Source: Methanopyrus kandleri AV19
GTDB lineage: Archaea > JAADCQ01 > Methanopyri > Methanopyrales > Methanopyraceae
Assembly (NCBI RefSeq): GCF_000007185.1
Contig: NC_003551.1
Span: forward strand, 1 to 32,000
DNA: 32,000 nt
Reading direction: 5' to 3'
Made by a program: the position numbers and the translations under genes. Of this stretch, positions 18,264-27,916 are shown piece by piece. The notes beneath the pieces were generated by a model that worked only from the letters and a program-made list of their open reading frames with translations, was not told where the DNA came from and did not search any database. Each line of letters opens with the position of its first letter. Within the stretch, counting starts at the first letter, position 1.

Positions 18264-18346
18264 CTCGCAGTAATACCCGAAGCTCGGTCGGAAATAAAAA
18301 ACGCTCTTCTTCATTTCCCGAACCACCAATCCTCCGGGGACGGGCA

Positions 18347-19369
18347 GTGTTCTCCGTTCCCTCCCCCGGAGACCCTGCCCTCACCGACCGACTTCTACGG
18401 TCGCTCCCGACTGACCGGATCGAAACAGTCTACTTCGGCCTCCCGATCGCCGGGACAGGACGCGCCACACCCGTGCAGGTCGACACGGACACGGCGACCG
18501 AGCTCGCAGAGGTTTGTCACTCGTATTCGGTGGAACCGGAAGCCGTCATCAACCCACTTTGCACGGCGGATGTAGTCTGCTCTCGCAACGCCTTCGCAGA
18601 GTTCGAGCGGACACTCGACGATCTCGACGACGCCGGGATCGAACGTCTAGTACTCTCCGATCCGTTGATGATCCACGCCGCGGTGGAGCGTGGCTTCCGC
18701 GTCTCAGTCTCTTGTGTAGTGGAGGTGAACACACCCGAGCGCGCCCGGTACTTCGATGAAATAGGAGTGGAGGAGATCACCTTGGACACGAACGTGAACC
18801 GACGCCTCGACACCATCGAAGCGATAGCGTCCGAGGTCTCCGCACGCCTCCGGATCATCGTTAACGAAGGGTGCTTACCCGACTGCCCGTACCGGGCCTC
18901 ACATTTCTGTCTGTTCTCCCACGCCACCCGGCCCGGCGAAGAAGTGGCGGAAGATCCCTACTTCGTACGTTGCATCTCCGAGCGCGTGAACAACCCGACG
19001 CTGATAATCAAGTCACCATTTGTGCGACCTGAAGACCTGAGCGTCTACATGGATCTCGGTGTAAGGGCGTTCAAAATCGCGGGACGTGCGAACTCGATCA
19101 CGTGGATACGTCGGGCCGTACGGGCTTACCTGCGGGGCCGATACGACGGCAATCTCCTCGACATACTCGACTGTCCGACCGTCCTCCGGCACCTGTATCA
19201 CGTGGATAACCGGGAGCTGGATGGGTTCCTAAAGCGGGTAGGTCGGTGTGATCGTCGGTGTTCGAAGTGCGGATTCTGTGCCGAGCTTGCTGAGCGGGCC
19301 GTAGAGCCGTTGGGCGGTCTAGAAGATGCCGAAGTTGAACCAGCGAGGACTGGTCGAGTTACGGCGTGA
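18347..19369 (+). CDS. Peptidase U32 (YhbU/UbiU/V-like) family protein with conserved cysteines
   Basis: ETVYFGLPIAG...NTPERARYFDEIGVEEITLDTNVNR...LRIIVNEGCLPDCPYRASHFC...YFVRC...IIKSPFVRPEDLSVYMDLGVRAFKIAGR, plus a C-terminal Cys cluster CDRRCSKCGFC. Confidence 0.85.
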   Translation: MFSVPSPGDPALTDRLLRSLPTDRIETVYFGLPIAGTGRATPVQVDTDTATELAEVCHSYSVEPEAVINPLCTADVVCSRNAFAEFERTLDDLDDAGIERLVLSDPLMIHAAVERGFRVSVSCVVEVNTPERARYFDEIGVEEITLDTNVNRRLDTIEAIASEVSARLRIIVNEGCLPDCPYRASHFCLFSHATRPGEEVAEDPYFVRCISERVNNPTLIIKSPFVRPEDLSVYMDLGVRAFKIAGRANSITWIRRAVRAYLRGRYDGNLLDILDCPTVLRHLYHVDNRELDGFLKRVGRCDRRCSKCGFCAELAERAVEPLGGLEDAEVEPARTGRVTA

Positions 19370-19685
19370 GTTGGAGCGGCGGCTCGTAGAACTGCTGGGC
19401 AAACCGGTACACGTGATGCAGCTGACGATCTTCGCGCTACCGTGCGGATGTGTAGGTGCTTCTCTGGAGGTGCGCAACATCGTCCGGGAAGACGCTGAGG
19501 TCTTCAGGGACCACCTCCGAGACCTCCTACGAGAGATGGTGAAATGGACGCTGGGGAAGGAACCCGACCTGTACTACGCACGGCTGACTCCGTCCGGTTA
19601 CGATGTAGTCAGTCTAACGGGCCGCGTAGCTTGCGACGAATGCGAGAAGAACTTCAAGGGAGCGGCCGACGTGCTCCCGCTCTGA
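19326..19685 (+). CDS. Hypothetical small protein with CxC and CxxC pairs
   Basis: 119-aa ORF overlapping the U32 gene 3' end on the same strand. Contains PCGCVG and CDEC. Confidence 0.65.
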   Translation: MPKLNQRGLVELRRELERRLVELLGKPVHVMQLTIFALPCGCVGASLEVRNIVREDAEVFRDHLRDLLREMVKWTLGKEPDLYYARLTPSGYDVVSLTGRVACDECEKNFKGAADVLPL

Positions 19686-19859
19686 CACGACGCCCTGGAA
19701 GCGTTATCGGGGTAACAGCGGCGGGTGTGCCCGGTCCAAAGGACGGGGCGGTCACCGTCCGGTCGGACGACCATCTCCGCCCCGCCGGCTGCCTGTACCG
19801 GGCGGGTTCCACCCGCCCATCGTCGTCCGGCGGGTCGCCGGACCTCGAGCGTCCCGAGT
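19686..19859 (+). other. GC-rich intergenic segment with stacked perfect inverted repeats (candidate structured RNA or bidirectional terminator)
   Basis: 19800-19818 GGGCGGGT-TCC-ACCCGCCC; 19825-19843 GTCCGGCG-GGT-CGCCGGAC; 19741-19760 GGACGG-N8-CCGTCC; GGACGAC(~19765) pairs with GTCGTCC(~19822); GGGGCGG(19745-19751) pairs with CCGCCCC(19777-19783). Strand unknown. Confidence 0.5.
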
Positions 19860-20111
19860 TCACTTAAGTGCTTTCGGGAAGAACTCGCGGCGAGCCTCCC
19901 GCAGGGTGATGCCTTTGACGCGCGCGTACGCTTTCCTCAATGTCTCAGCCCTTATCTCCATGTGTCCTTCCTCTTCGGATATGCGTACGGCTTCGCGTAC
20001 GACATCCTCTAATATGTCCGGGTAATCGTCTTCCAATCTCTTGAGATACCGGAGTGCCAACGGGCGGACCTTAAAGTCGTCAGGAATGAGGTCCAGAGCC
20101 CTCAACCTCAT
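19860..20111 (-). CDS. Small conserved-looking hypothetical protein
   Basis: MRLRALDLIPDDFKVRPLALRYLKRLEDDYPDILEDVVREAVRISEEEGHMEIRAETLRKAYARVKG... Start ATG at 20111 forms an ATGA overlap with the upstream MTAP-like stop. Confidence 0.65.
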   Translation of the reverse strand: MRLRALDLIPDDFKVRPLALRYLKRLEDDYPDILEDVVREAVRISEEEGHMEIRAETLRKAYARVKGITLREARREFFPKALK

Positions 20112-20878
20112 ACCTCGGCGCCCTCCAAAGCTTGGGAGCAGGGGCACGATCGTTTCGGTGGAATGTACTCGATGCAACGCTCAATTAGTTCCACCGCCTT
20201 CGGTCTGAGCTCCTCGACCAGCTCGAACACCTCATCGATCGTGCGGCGGCGATCGTCGATGCCAGCGGCATAGTTGGTGCACAAGCACACGGAGGCGTAG
20301 CAGATCTCGAGCTCCCTGGCGAGCACGACCTCCGGGAATCCTGTCATTCCAACGATATCACCGCCGAGCTTCCGGAAGGCACGGATCTCGGCCGGCGTCT
20401 CGAACCTGGGTCCTTCGGTGGCCACGTATACAGCGCCTTCTTTGACCGTGTACCCTAGGTCGTCCGCGGCCTTCAGTAGCGCTTCACGTAGCTCCGGACA
20501 ATAGGGTTCGGTGACATCGACGTGAACGACCTTCTCGTCGTAGAACGTCGTCGGCCTGCGCTTAGTGAAGTCGAGGAAATCCACCGGAAGGACGATGTCT
20601 CCAGGCTCGTATTCGTCGGAGTTGATCACGCCGACGGAGTTCGTCGCCAATATCCGTTTCACGCCGAGCTCCCGCATCGCCCACACGATGGCTCGATAGT
20701 TGATACGGTGTGGGGGCAGATCGTGGCCCTTACCGTGCCGGTTTATGAAGTACACTCGATGATCTCCGACCCGGGTGATGTCCACGCGTACAGTGCCGTA
20801 GGGTGTGAACACCGTCCGCCTGCGTTCGGGCAGACCGGGTTGGAAACCCGTGCCGCCTATCACTCCTACCTCGGTCAT
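20108..20878 (-). CDS. S-methyl-5'-thioadenosine phosphorylase / purine nucleoside phosphorylase family
   Basis: GVIGGTGF, NRHGKGHDLPPHRINYRAIVWAMRELGVKRILATNSVGVI, TEGPRFETPAEIRAFRKLGGDIVGMTGFPEVVLARELEICYASV. Confidence 0.93.
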   Translation of the reverse strand: MTEVGVIGGTGFQPGLPERRRTVFTPYGTVRVDITRVGDHRVYFINRHGKGHDLPPHRINYRAIVWAMRELGVKRILATNSVGVINSDEYEPGDIVLPVDFLDFTKRRPTTFYDEKVVHVDVTEPYCPELREALLKAADDLGYTVKEGAVYVATEGPRFETPAEIRAFRKLGGDIVGMTGFPEVVLARELEICYASVCLCTNYAAGIDDRRRTIDEVFELVEELRPKAVELIERCIEYIPPKRSCPCSQALEGAEV

Positions 20879-21456
20879 GGATCCTCACGCTCCAGCAGCG
20901 GATCTATCGCCGCTTTGAGAATGGAGAACGTCTCGTCTTCGGACCATCGGGAGGTGTCGAGGACGAGATCGTACAAGGAGAGGTCCGTCGGATCGACGCC
21001 GTAGATCTCCTTATACCGCTTCAACTCGCTTTTTTCCCGTTCCTGAATGCGTCGGCGAGCCTCTTCCACGTCGATCCCTTCGCGCTTCGCTACCCGCTCG
21101 GCGCGCACTTCTAACGGAGCTTTGAGCCATATCTTGAGGGTGGCCAGGTCGGGACCTTTCACATGGTCCAGTTCGCCGGCCGCAACGAAGGCCGCTAGGC
21201 GTCCCTCGAGTATTACGTCACCCTCTTCCGCGGCTTCCCGCTGCCTCCGATCGATTTCAAGGTCGATGTCCGGGTTGTCCTCCGCGACTTTGGAGAACTC
21301 CTCGAGGTCCATGCCTCGCTCCTCGGCCATCTCTCGGAATATCTTACCTGCGTACACGTGCTTAAGGCCGTAGTGCTCGGCGAGCCGCCGGGCCATGGTG
21401 GTGGTGCCGGATCCCGGGAGGCCGCCGATGGTGATGACTACGCTGATTGAAAACAC
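20875..21456 (-). CDS. cmk: Archaeal cytidylate kinase
   Basis: VVITIGGLPGSGTTTMARRLAEHYGLKHVYAGKIFREMAEERGMDLEEFSK...DVILEGRLAAFVA...RIQEREKSELKRYKEIYGVDPTDLSLYDLVLDTS. Confidence 0.93.
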   Translation of the reverse strand: MFSISVVITIGGLPGSGTTTMARRLAEHYGLKHVYAGKIFREMAEERGMDLEEFSKVAEDNPDIDLEIDRRQREAAEEGDVILEGRLAAFVAAGELDHVKGPDLATLKIWLKAPLEVRAERVAKREGIDVEEARRRIQEREKSELKRYKEIYGVDPTDLSLYDLVLDTSRWSEDETFSILKAAIDPLLEREDP

Positions 21457-21459
21457 CCC

Positions 21460-21801
21460 TCATTCCTCGGGCTCCGGCGGTTCCTCGTCCGGTAGTACTG
21501 GCAGCCACGGCTGCTCTCGCTTGCGCTCCCAGAACTTGTACCTCACCTTATCCTTGATGAGCTTCCTAGCGCACTCCGGGCACAGGACGCCACCGTAGGG
21601 ACGGTTTGGTCGCTTCTGCGTCTTCGGTGCGTTCTTGAGCTCGACGTTACGACCGCGCATCACGCCGTTCAGCCGGCGACCACAGGCTCCGCACTTGGGC
21701 CAGTTCGGGATCTTCTTCTCGAAGTGAATGACGGTCCTACCTCCAGGGGTGCGCTTGTACACCCGTCGACAGGACCTGGACCGGTACCTCGGGGCTGGCA
21801 T
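21460..21801 (-). CDS. rpl34e: Ribosomal protein L34e
   Basis: [47 protein letters not shown]...[20 protein letters not shown]. Confidence 0.95.
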   Translation of the reverse strand: MPAPRYRSRSCRRVYKRTPGGRTVIHFEKKIPNWPKCGACGRRLNGVMRGRNVELKNAPKTQKRPNRPYGGVLCPECARKLIKDKVRYKFWERKREQPWLPVLPDEEPPEPEE

Positions 21802-21808
21802 CGTCGTC

Positions 21809-22345
21809 TCACCCACCTCCGAAGCGTTTTACCGCCGTTTCCGCCAAGGGCTTGAGCACGAACGACACCGTGACGGCGCAGAGGATGTACCAGCCCACGG
21901 GGCCCAAGGTATCCCCCACACCCGGCACGTAGAAGGGTAACTTCACCGTCCAGTGGGCCAGCCGGTACTCGAGGGTGTATATAATAATGATTATAGGCGG
22001 GAACGTGATGATCATGGCCTTGATCTGCTTACTCATCAGCTGGGACTGAACCTTTAGGAACTCTCGGGAGTGGTCTCGCATCTTCTCCTCTATCTCCTTC
22101 ATCCTCTTGACATCACCTAACACCTTAGCCCTCTGGAGCTCTTCTTGGTACTTCTTGGTCTCGTCAGCCATTTTCCGGACTCGCTCCAGCTCTTCCCTCC
22201 CGATCACGAGTTCGTAAACGATGTCGATGAAGAGCGTCACAAGAGCCGCAGCCACCAGCATCCCAAGGGCGGGACCGAAGTAGTGGATAAACGGGTCGAC
22301 GAGTGGGTAAAAGTGCCGCGCAAGGCCTTCAGTGAGTCCGTGCAC
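21809..22345 (-). CDS. EMC3/TMCO1 (DUF106) family membrane protein
   Basis: Three hydrophobic segments with [37 protein letters not shown], typical of archaeal DUF106. Located between adk and rpl34e. GTG start inferred. Confidence 0.85.
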   Translation of the reverse strand: MHGLTEGLARHFYPLVDPFIHYFGPALGMLVAAALVTLFIDIVYELVIGREELERVRKMADETKKYQEELQRAKVLGDVKRMKEIEEKMRDHSREFLKVQSQLMSKQIKAMIITFPPIIIIIYTLEYRLAHWTVKLPFYVPGVGDTLGPVGWYILCAVTVSFVLKPLAETAVKRFGGG

Positions 22346-22358
22346 GTCTCCCTCCCCG

Positions 22359-22934
22359 TCAGAGGGATCGGACCGTCTCGACGAACTCACGTACGGCCTC
22401 TTCGAGGCGGTCGTCGTGGTTCTCGATGATTTTCACGGTAGCCCCGGTCAGCGCGGCGTAAGCCATCGCTGCCATTCGGTTCATCTTCTGATGCTCCTCT
22501 ATCTCGTGGGCCCGGTCGTAGTCACGCTGACGCTCCTCTGAGTCTTTCACCCTCCGCATCATGATCTCATCGGGGTCGGCTTCGATAAGAACGATGACGT
22601 CGGGCTGCAGCTCCTCGAGGACCCAGATCGGAAGACCCGGCAGGTAACCGGCCGGTGTTTTGATGGTACAGTGCGTGTCGACTATGATCCCCTCCTTCTC
22701 CTCGGCCATCTTGGCGATCCTACGTGCGGCGAGGCGCTGGATTTCGCGCTGCTTTTCGGCGGGGAGCTTCCTGATCTCGTCGCGATGCTCGACTAGGCCT
22801 TCTTCCTTGGCGATCTCGAGCATGACATCGCCGTAGTTAACGTGCTCGTAACCCTCGAGCTCCTTTACGGCCTCGGTGGTAACGGTCGTGGCTCCGACTC
22901 CGGGTACTCCCGTCGCTACGATCACATAACCCAT
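22359..22934 (-). CDS. adkA: Archaeal adenylate kinase
   Basis: YVIVATGVPGVGATTVTTEAVKELEGYEHVNYGDVMLEIAKEEGLVEHRDEIRKL...GIIVDTHCTIKTPAGYLPGLP. Confidence 0.95.
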   Translation of the reverse strand: MGYVIVATGVPGVGATTVTTEAVKELEGYEHVNYGDVMLEIAKEEGLVEHRDEIRKLPAEKQREIQRLAARRIAKMAEEKEGIIVDTHCTIKTPAGYLPGLPIWVLEELQPDVIVLIEADPDEIMMRRVKDSEERQRDYDRAHEIEEHQKMNRMAAMAYAALTGATVKIIENHDDRLEEAVREFVETVRSL

Positions 22935-22953
22935 CCAAATCCACCCCTCTACG

Positions 22954-24330
22954 CTACCTCAAGGTCTTTTCGAGGAATTTCCGCACGACGGGGTGTGCCT
23001 CCATGAGGCGCTCTTGCTTGATCTCTTCGTACATGTTGTAGAGGATTGATACTGTCAGGAGTACGCCTGTACCTCCACCCAGCGCGCCCATCAAGTCGGC
23101 ACCCGCGGCGAGGAATCCTACGAAGGCTCCACCCATCACGGTCACGGGGTAGATGTACTTCTGGAGCCGCTTCTCCAACACCCTGATATCTCGACGGAAG
23201 CCCGGGATGTGCAGGCCAGCGCGGTGCAGGTGTCTGGCGATCTCACGTGGTCCCATACCGGTCAACTCGACCCACAGGACCGCGAAGAACACGGACGCTA
23301 TCACCATGGCCATCATGTAGCCCAGCGCTTGCAAGGGGTCTGATAGCGTCTTCACGATACTGTTAGGGGGCGATAGGTAGTACACGAGTCCGGATATCGG
23401 TTGACCGCGCGGATCGAGCTTCCCCAGTATCGGTACACCCATCCGTTGGAAAGCCAGCGCCCACAGTCGAACGTTCATGAACAGCGCCGAGGCCAGGATC
23501 ACGGGGATGTTGGACGTGTAGAGTAGACGGACTGGGAAGCGGCCTCGAGCACCCCGAATTCCGGCGAACGCGATCGGGATCTCGACCCTCATACCCTCAA
23601 CGTAAAGCACTATGAGGAACGTGATGATGGCCCCGATGACTGGGGCGAGTAGCGTCCAATCCGGCGTCCCTTGCATCGCCGAGTACAGGAACGCCCAGAC
23701 GGCACCCGCGGGGCGCCCGGGCTGCTGCGGGCTCGGGAGCGGGTTGAACGCTCCGATGATAATCTGTGACGAAACCCCAGCGACGATGAATAGTCCGACA
23801 CCAGATCCTATACCCCACTTGCTGACGACCTCGTCCAAGAAGATGACCAAAATGCCACCGAGCGCCAACTGTAAGATGAGCAGGATTTCGAGCAAGATAC
23901 TCGGCTCGGCCGGCGGCGCGGCACCGCTGAACACCATCATCACACCTTCGAAGAAGCACAGGACGATCGCGAGCAGCTTTTGGAGACCTTGGAAGAGTCT
24001 TCGATCCTCAGGATTCGTCAGATCCAACTTGATTAGGTCGCCTCCGACGAGGAGCTGCAAGAGGATCGAAGCGGTAACGATAGGACCGATACCCAGGGTG
24101 AGGATCGAACCGAAGTTTCCGGCCAGGACGGCACGCAAATTCGCGAAGTAGTCCACAGCCTGCGGTGAGAGACCATAGAGCGGAATTTCACACAGTATGA
24201 AGTAAAGGATGAGCGGTATTCCTGTGTACTTGAACAGCTTCTCGTTGAAAGGTACGTGCCTGTCCGGAACCTTAACCTCAGGGAGCCTCTCCAGGATCGG
24301 CCTTAACCTCTCCAGCCAGTCATCCGCCAA
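22954..24330 (-). CDS. secY: Preprotein translocase subunit SecY
   Basis: Multi-TM protein with LTLGIGPIVTASILLQLLVG, GSGVGLFIVAGVSSQIIIG, RFPVRLLYTSNIPVILASAL. Confidence 0.97.
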   Translation of the reverse strand: MADDWLERLRPILERLPEVKVPDRHVPFNEKLFKYTGIPLILYFILCEIPLYGLSPQAVDYFANLRAVLAGNFGSILTLGIGPIVTASILLQLLVGGDLIKLDLTNPEDRRLFQGLQKLLAIVLCFFEGVMMVFSGAAPPAEPSILLEILLILQLALGGILVIFLDEVVSKWGIGSGVGLFIVAGVSSQIIIGAFNPLPSPQQPGRPAGAVWAFLYSAMQGTPDWTLLAPVIGAIITFLIVLYVEGMRVEIPIAFAGIRGARGRFPVRLLYTSNIPVILASALFMNVRLWALAFQRMGVPILGKLDPRGQPISGLVYYLSPPNSIVKTLSDPLQALGYMMAMVIASVFFAVLWVELTGMGPREIARHLHRAGLHIPGFRRDIRVLEKRLQKYIYPVTVMGGAFVGFLAAGADLMGALGGGTGVLLTVSILYNMYEEIKQERLMEAHPVVRKFLEKTLR

Positions 24331-24396
24331 CGTCGTCTCCTCCCAGAAGCGTTTGGTGGCGACTGGGACGCCGAGCCTTGAAAAAACCGGCGGGCA

Positions 24397-24861
24397 CTAT
24401 GCTTCCCGGGCTTCCCCACCTGCTTCCTCTAGCTTCTCGACGGCCCTTTCGGTGAACTCGGGAGCGACGACCACTAGCGGCCTCTTGACGTGACCGCCTC
24501 CTAGCACCTTGTCGAAGGGGCCGCCGTAGGGTTTCAGTCGCTCGTCGGTAACGTCGATGACGATCTTATCGCCGTCCTTCTCCGCGATCCCATCCTCCAA
24601 GAGCTTGTCCGCCAGGGCGTCCAATTCGCCAACGTTGATGGTGTTGGGCTCCCGAACCACCTTGGGTGGACGGTTGAACCCCCGCTTACCGAAGTGATCC
24701 GGCATGTACTTGATGACGTGGAACCACTTGTGTTTGTGCGATCCGGCCATACCGCGCCCGCCGCGGTTACCGGCACCACGCCGGTTCTTGTGACTGCCTC
24801 CACCGTGGGTCCGCGATCCACGGTACTTCTTCGGGGACTTCTTCTTCCGCCGCACGACCAC
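24397..24861 (-). CDS. rpl15: Ribosomal protein L15 (uL15)
   Basis: [40 protein letters not shown]...FGKRGFNRP. Confidence 0.96.
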
Positions 24862-24875
24862 GTGGATTGCCCCCT

Positions 24876-25469
24876 TCAGATCATCCGCTCCAGGAGGTCG
24901 TTGATGGCCTTCCCGCGGTAGCCGAGCGCGCCACCGAGCGTGTACGGCTTCTTAATGCCTCCCCTTTCGTACCCTCCGCGGGGCGGGTGCAGGCGGAAGA
25001 ACGGCTTCAGCTTCGGGATGTCATCGAGTTCCGCCTCGAACTCGCAGTATGCCCGTGCGAACTCCTCTACACTGTCGTACTCGGTGTGTTCGGACACGTA
25101 CTCGTCGGTTACCGGACGACCGCCTTCTAGCTCTCCCCGCTTCTTCAGTAAGGCCGCCACGGTGTCCGGTTCCACCTCGCCCCATGTCACGTAATCCTTG
25201 ATCTTCTGCAGCATACCCAGGTAACTCGGGCGATCGTCGATCAGCACGCACCAGTTGCGCCGCAGCAGCTTCAGCATCCGCATGGTATCCTCGATATCCC
25301 GACGTACGCCGACGGGACCGCGCACCCGGACGACCGCGAGCCGGGTAGTGGCTCGCTCGTACTCCCGAGCCTCCGGGCTGACCTTGACCCCGATATCCTC
25401 CTTCGCGCGGCGGGCCGCCGCCTCGCTCGCCGTCTCGTGTTTCAGCTCGATCTTGCCGGTAGCCGCCAT
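24876..25469 (-). CDS. rpl30: Ribosomal protein L30 (uL30)
   Basis: [56 protein letters not shown]...[30 protein letters not shown]-terminal ~40-aa extension in the ORF. Confidence 0.95.
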   Translation of the reverse strand: MAATGKIELKHETASEAAARRAKEDIGVKVSPEAREYERATTRLAVVRVRGPVGVRRDIEDTMRMLKLLRRNWCVLIDDRPSYLGMLQKIKDYVTWGEVEPDTVAALLKKRGELEGGRPVTDEYVSEHTEYDSVEEFARAYCEFEAELDDIPKLKPFFRLHPPRGGYERGGIKKPYTLGGALGYRGKAINDLLERMI

Positions 25470-25472
25470 CTT

Positions 25473-26153
25473 TTACGCCCCCTCGGCGCTGCCGCTCACG
25501 ATTCCGAGCCGCTCGGCCTCTTCCTCGCGCATCCTCACGTAGATCAGGTTCCGCAGCGCATCGAACGTCGCCTTGGCGAAGTTGATCGTGGTCCTGGTCT
25601 CACCCTTGCCCTTGCCGCCCGTGGTCTTCGTCCAGACGTCCTCGATGCCGGCCATCTCCAGGACCTTCTGCGCGGTTTCGCCCGCGACGAGCCCAGTACC
25701 CCTTGGAGCCGGCTTGAGCGTGATGCGGACGCTGCCGCACTTGCCGGTGATCTCGAAGGGGATGGAATGCGGTCGACCGCAGCCGCACTCCCAGCTACCG
25801 CAGCCGCGACGGACCTTAATGATGTTTAGCTTAGCCCGGTCGATCGCGGCACGGATCGCGGGACCTACCTCTCGAGCTTTACCCTGCCCGACACCTACGA
25901 ATCCGTCCTTGTTTCCTACTACCACCGTGACCCTGAACCTCACTCGACGGCCGGACTTGTGCATCTTCTGGACCATGTTGACGTCGAGTACTTCCTCCTC
26001 CAGATCGGGCAGCAGCCAGTCCACGATCTCCGGCTCTAGGATCTTCCAACCCTGAGCGAACACCTCGTCGATAGTCTTGATCTCGCCCTCCTTGACCATG
26101 CGACCTAGTTTGGTCTTGGGTTCCCACTCCTCCAGATGTGGTGGAACGGACAT
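25473..26153 (-). CDS. rps5: Ribosomal protein S5 (uS5)
   Basis: [16 protein letters not shown]...[47 protein letters not shown]. Confidence 0.97.
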
Positions 26154-26169
26154 GCTCGCATCGCCCCCG

Positions 26170-26778
26170 TCACGCGCCGCCGAACTCCTCCTCGATTTTG
26201 GACTTTACTTCCTCGAAGTGTTCCGGGAGTTCTTCCGGTTTCAGACCACGTTCGAGGTACTTGGAGAACCTGCGCTCGTACTCCTCCGGGTCCTCTTCCT
26301 TGATCTGTCGGGCCAGGTTGGCGATGTGCTCACCACGGATCCTGTCCTCCGGTGGGAGCACCTCCTCCCCGTGCGGTATGTCCATGCCGGCGTCGAGGGC
26401 TCCCTTCAGCATGGCGAACACTCGGGAGCCCCGCACGGGTCGGTGGAGTCCTATGTCGATCACCGCTCGCTCGATGCCCCGTTCAAGCGCTCGGAGACCG
26501 CACAGGTAACCCGTCAGATAGGCCGCCGGTGTGTTTCCGCAGTGTCCCTTCCAGCCGAACTTGTTGCGCAGCTCGATGGAGTGGGCCGATGCCAGTGTGA
26601 CGTCACCATGTGGGGCGAAGTCGACGATCTGGGCGATGTTGTGGTTGAGCGTTTTCCTGGCCACTAGGCGCGGAGCGTCGGCCTTGATTAACTCACGTCG
26701 CTTGTAGTAGTTGGTCTTACCCTCGCGACGCCTTCTGAACGGAACCCGATACCTGGGACCCGTGGCCAACGCAATCAC
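26170..26778 (-). CDS. rpl18: Ribosomal protein L18 (uL18)
   Basis: [66 protein letters not shown]. Confidence 0.96.
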
Positions 26779-26781
26779 CCC

Positions 26782-27231
26782 TTACTTCTTCCACAGGTCG
26801 TTCTCCTCGATGTACGCCAACAGGTGCGAGGTGTCGCGGAAGTATCCTCCCTTCGCCATCATGTACAGCTTCCGATACGTGCTGCGGTCGATCTTGCCGG
26901 AGTCTCGGAGCTCCCGCAGCTTGCGCCTGATCGGCCTTATTCGCTGGATCCACGCGCGCTTCTTCGGCATCCGTGCACCCTTCGCTCCCTTCCGACGACC
27001 CGGACCACGCTGGCGCCCCTTCTTCCGCTGTTCGTGCCGCTTCCGGGCTCTCACCCGGGACTGTCCCTTGATCGGCTTCTTCCGGATAGCCCCCTCCTTG
27101 ATGAGCCGACGGATATCCTCCCGGGTCTGGGCTCGGGCGACTTCTTCCAGCCTCTCCGGATCTATCCATATCCTATGAACACCGCACTTGAGTATCTCGG
27201 CCGCCATCCGACGCTGGGGCCGTAGGTTCAT
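26782..27231 (-). CDS. rpl19e: Ribosomal protein L19e
   Basis: [31 protein letters not shown]...[48 protein letters not shown]. Confidence 0.96.
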   Translation of the reverse strand: MNLRPQRRMAAEILKCGVHRIWIDPERLEEVARAQTREDIRRLIKEGAIRKKPIKGQSRVRARKRHEQRKKGRQRGPGRRKGAKGARMPKKRAWIQRIRPIRRKLRELRDSGKIDRSTYRKLYMMAKGGYFRDTSHLLAYIEENDLWKK

Positions 27232-27294
27232 GGTCCTTCTCACCCTCCTACTTCGGGCCTGGACCCTCCCTCAACGCCGCCGTCGGTTCGAGTC

Positions 27295-27900
27295 CTAATT
27301 AGAATATTCCCCGGAGGGCACCAGCGGGCGGAATATCCTGCTGCGGAGCTCTTCGGCCTCCTCCTCGTCCAACTCCCGCACCTCGAGCTTGTCGTCCTCC
27401 TCGGGAACGATGGCCGAGTGACCGTAAGGATCCTTTAGCACGATCGTGATCTCGTCCTCTCCTGAAACCGCCGCGTCCATCCTGCGTAGGATTTCCTCCG
27501 CCCGCTTCTTGGACTCCTCTTTATCCGCCCACTTGGCGGCTGTTTCCACGCGTTCTCGGATCCTCCTCAGCAATCCCTCGATGTTGGACACGAAACCCTG
27601 AGCAGCGGGACCTGGCTTGACCTCGATCCCGAGCTCGGGTATTTCAACGAAACCCGAAGGTGAGCGAACCACTCGAACGCGAAGATCCTCGGGTGAGTTA
27701 ACCCGGTACCGGTACTCCGCAGGTTCCCGATCCTCCAAACACATAACATCGGAGTGCCGATACCCGCACGCCTTACAGTGGATGAACTGCTCGAGGACTC
27801 GCCCGAAGTGTGGTATCTCATCCACTCTTCCGTGTACCATCAGTGCCTTTTCTCCACACACTGGACACTCCAAGTCGGATAACTCCATTTTATACTTCAT
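27295..27900 (-). CDS. ZPR1-type zinc-finger domain protein
   Basis: ECPVCGEKALMVHGRVDEIPHFGRVLEQFIHCKACGYRHSDV...VNSPEDLRVRVVRSPSGFVEIPELGIEVKPGPAAQGFVSNIEGLLRR. Start at 27900 chosen to avoid extended overlap with the upstream gene (ORF to 27942). Confidence 0.9.
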   Translation of the reverse strand: MKYKMELSDLECPVCGEKALMVHGRVDEIPHFGRVLEQFIHCKACGYRHSDVMCLEDREPAEYRYRVNSPEDLRVRVVRSPSGFVEIPELGIEVKPGPAAQGFVSNIEGLLRRIRERVETAAKWADKEESKKRAEEILRRMDAAVSGEDEITIVLKDPYGHSAIVPEEDDKLEVRELDEEEAEELRSRIFRPLVPSGEYSN

Positions 27901-27916
27901 TTCATGGGTTTCGCGG

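Noticed and set aside
19800-19818. GGGCGGGTTCCACCCGCCC considered as a tRNA T-arm
   Set aside because: The loop is only 3 nt rather than the 7-nt T-loop, and no acceptor, D-arm or anticodon partners could be placed around it.
19544-19867. 107-aa plus-strand ORF covering the structured intergenic region
   Set aside because: It overlaps a more plausible CDS, and its translation (RPSSSGGSPDLERPEFT etc.) is driven by GC-rich inverted repeats.
25573-26667. Long antisense ORFs opposite rps5 and rpl18 (25573..26055, 26077..26667)
   Set aside because: They are shadows of confidently identified ribosomal protein genes in a GC-rich genome and encode low-complexity Ser/Arg/Pro-rich sequence.
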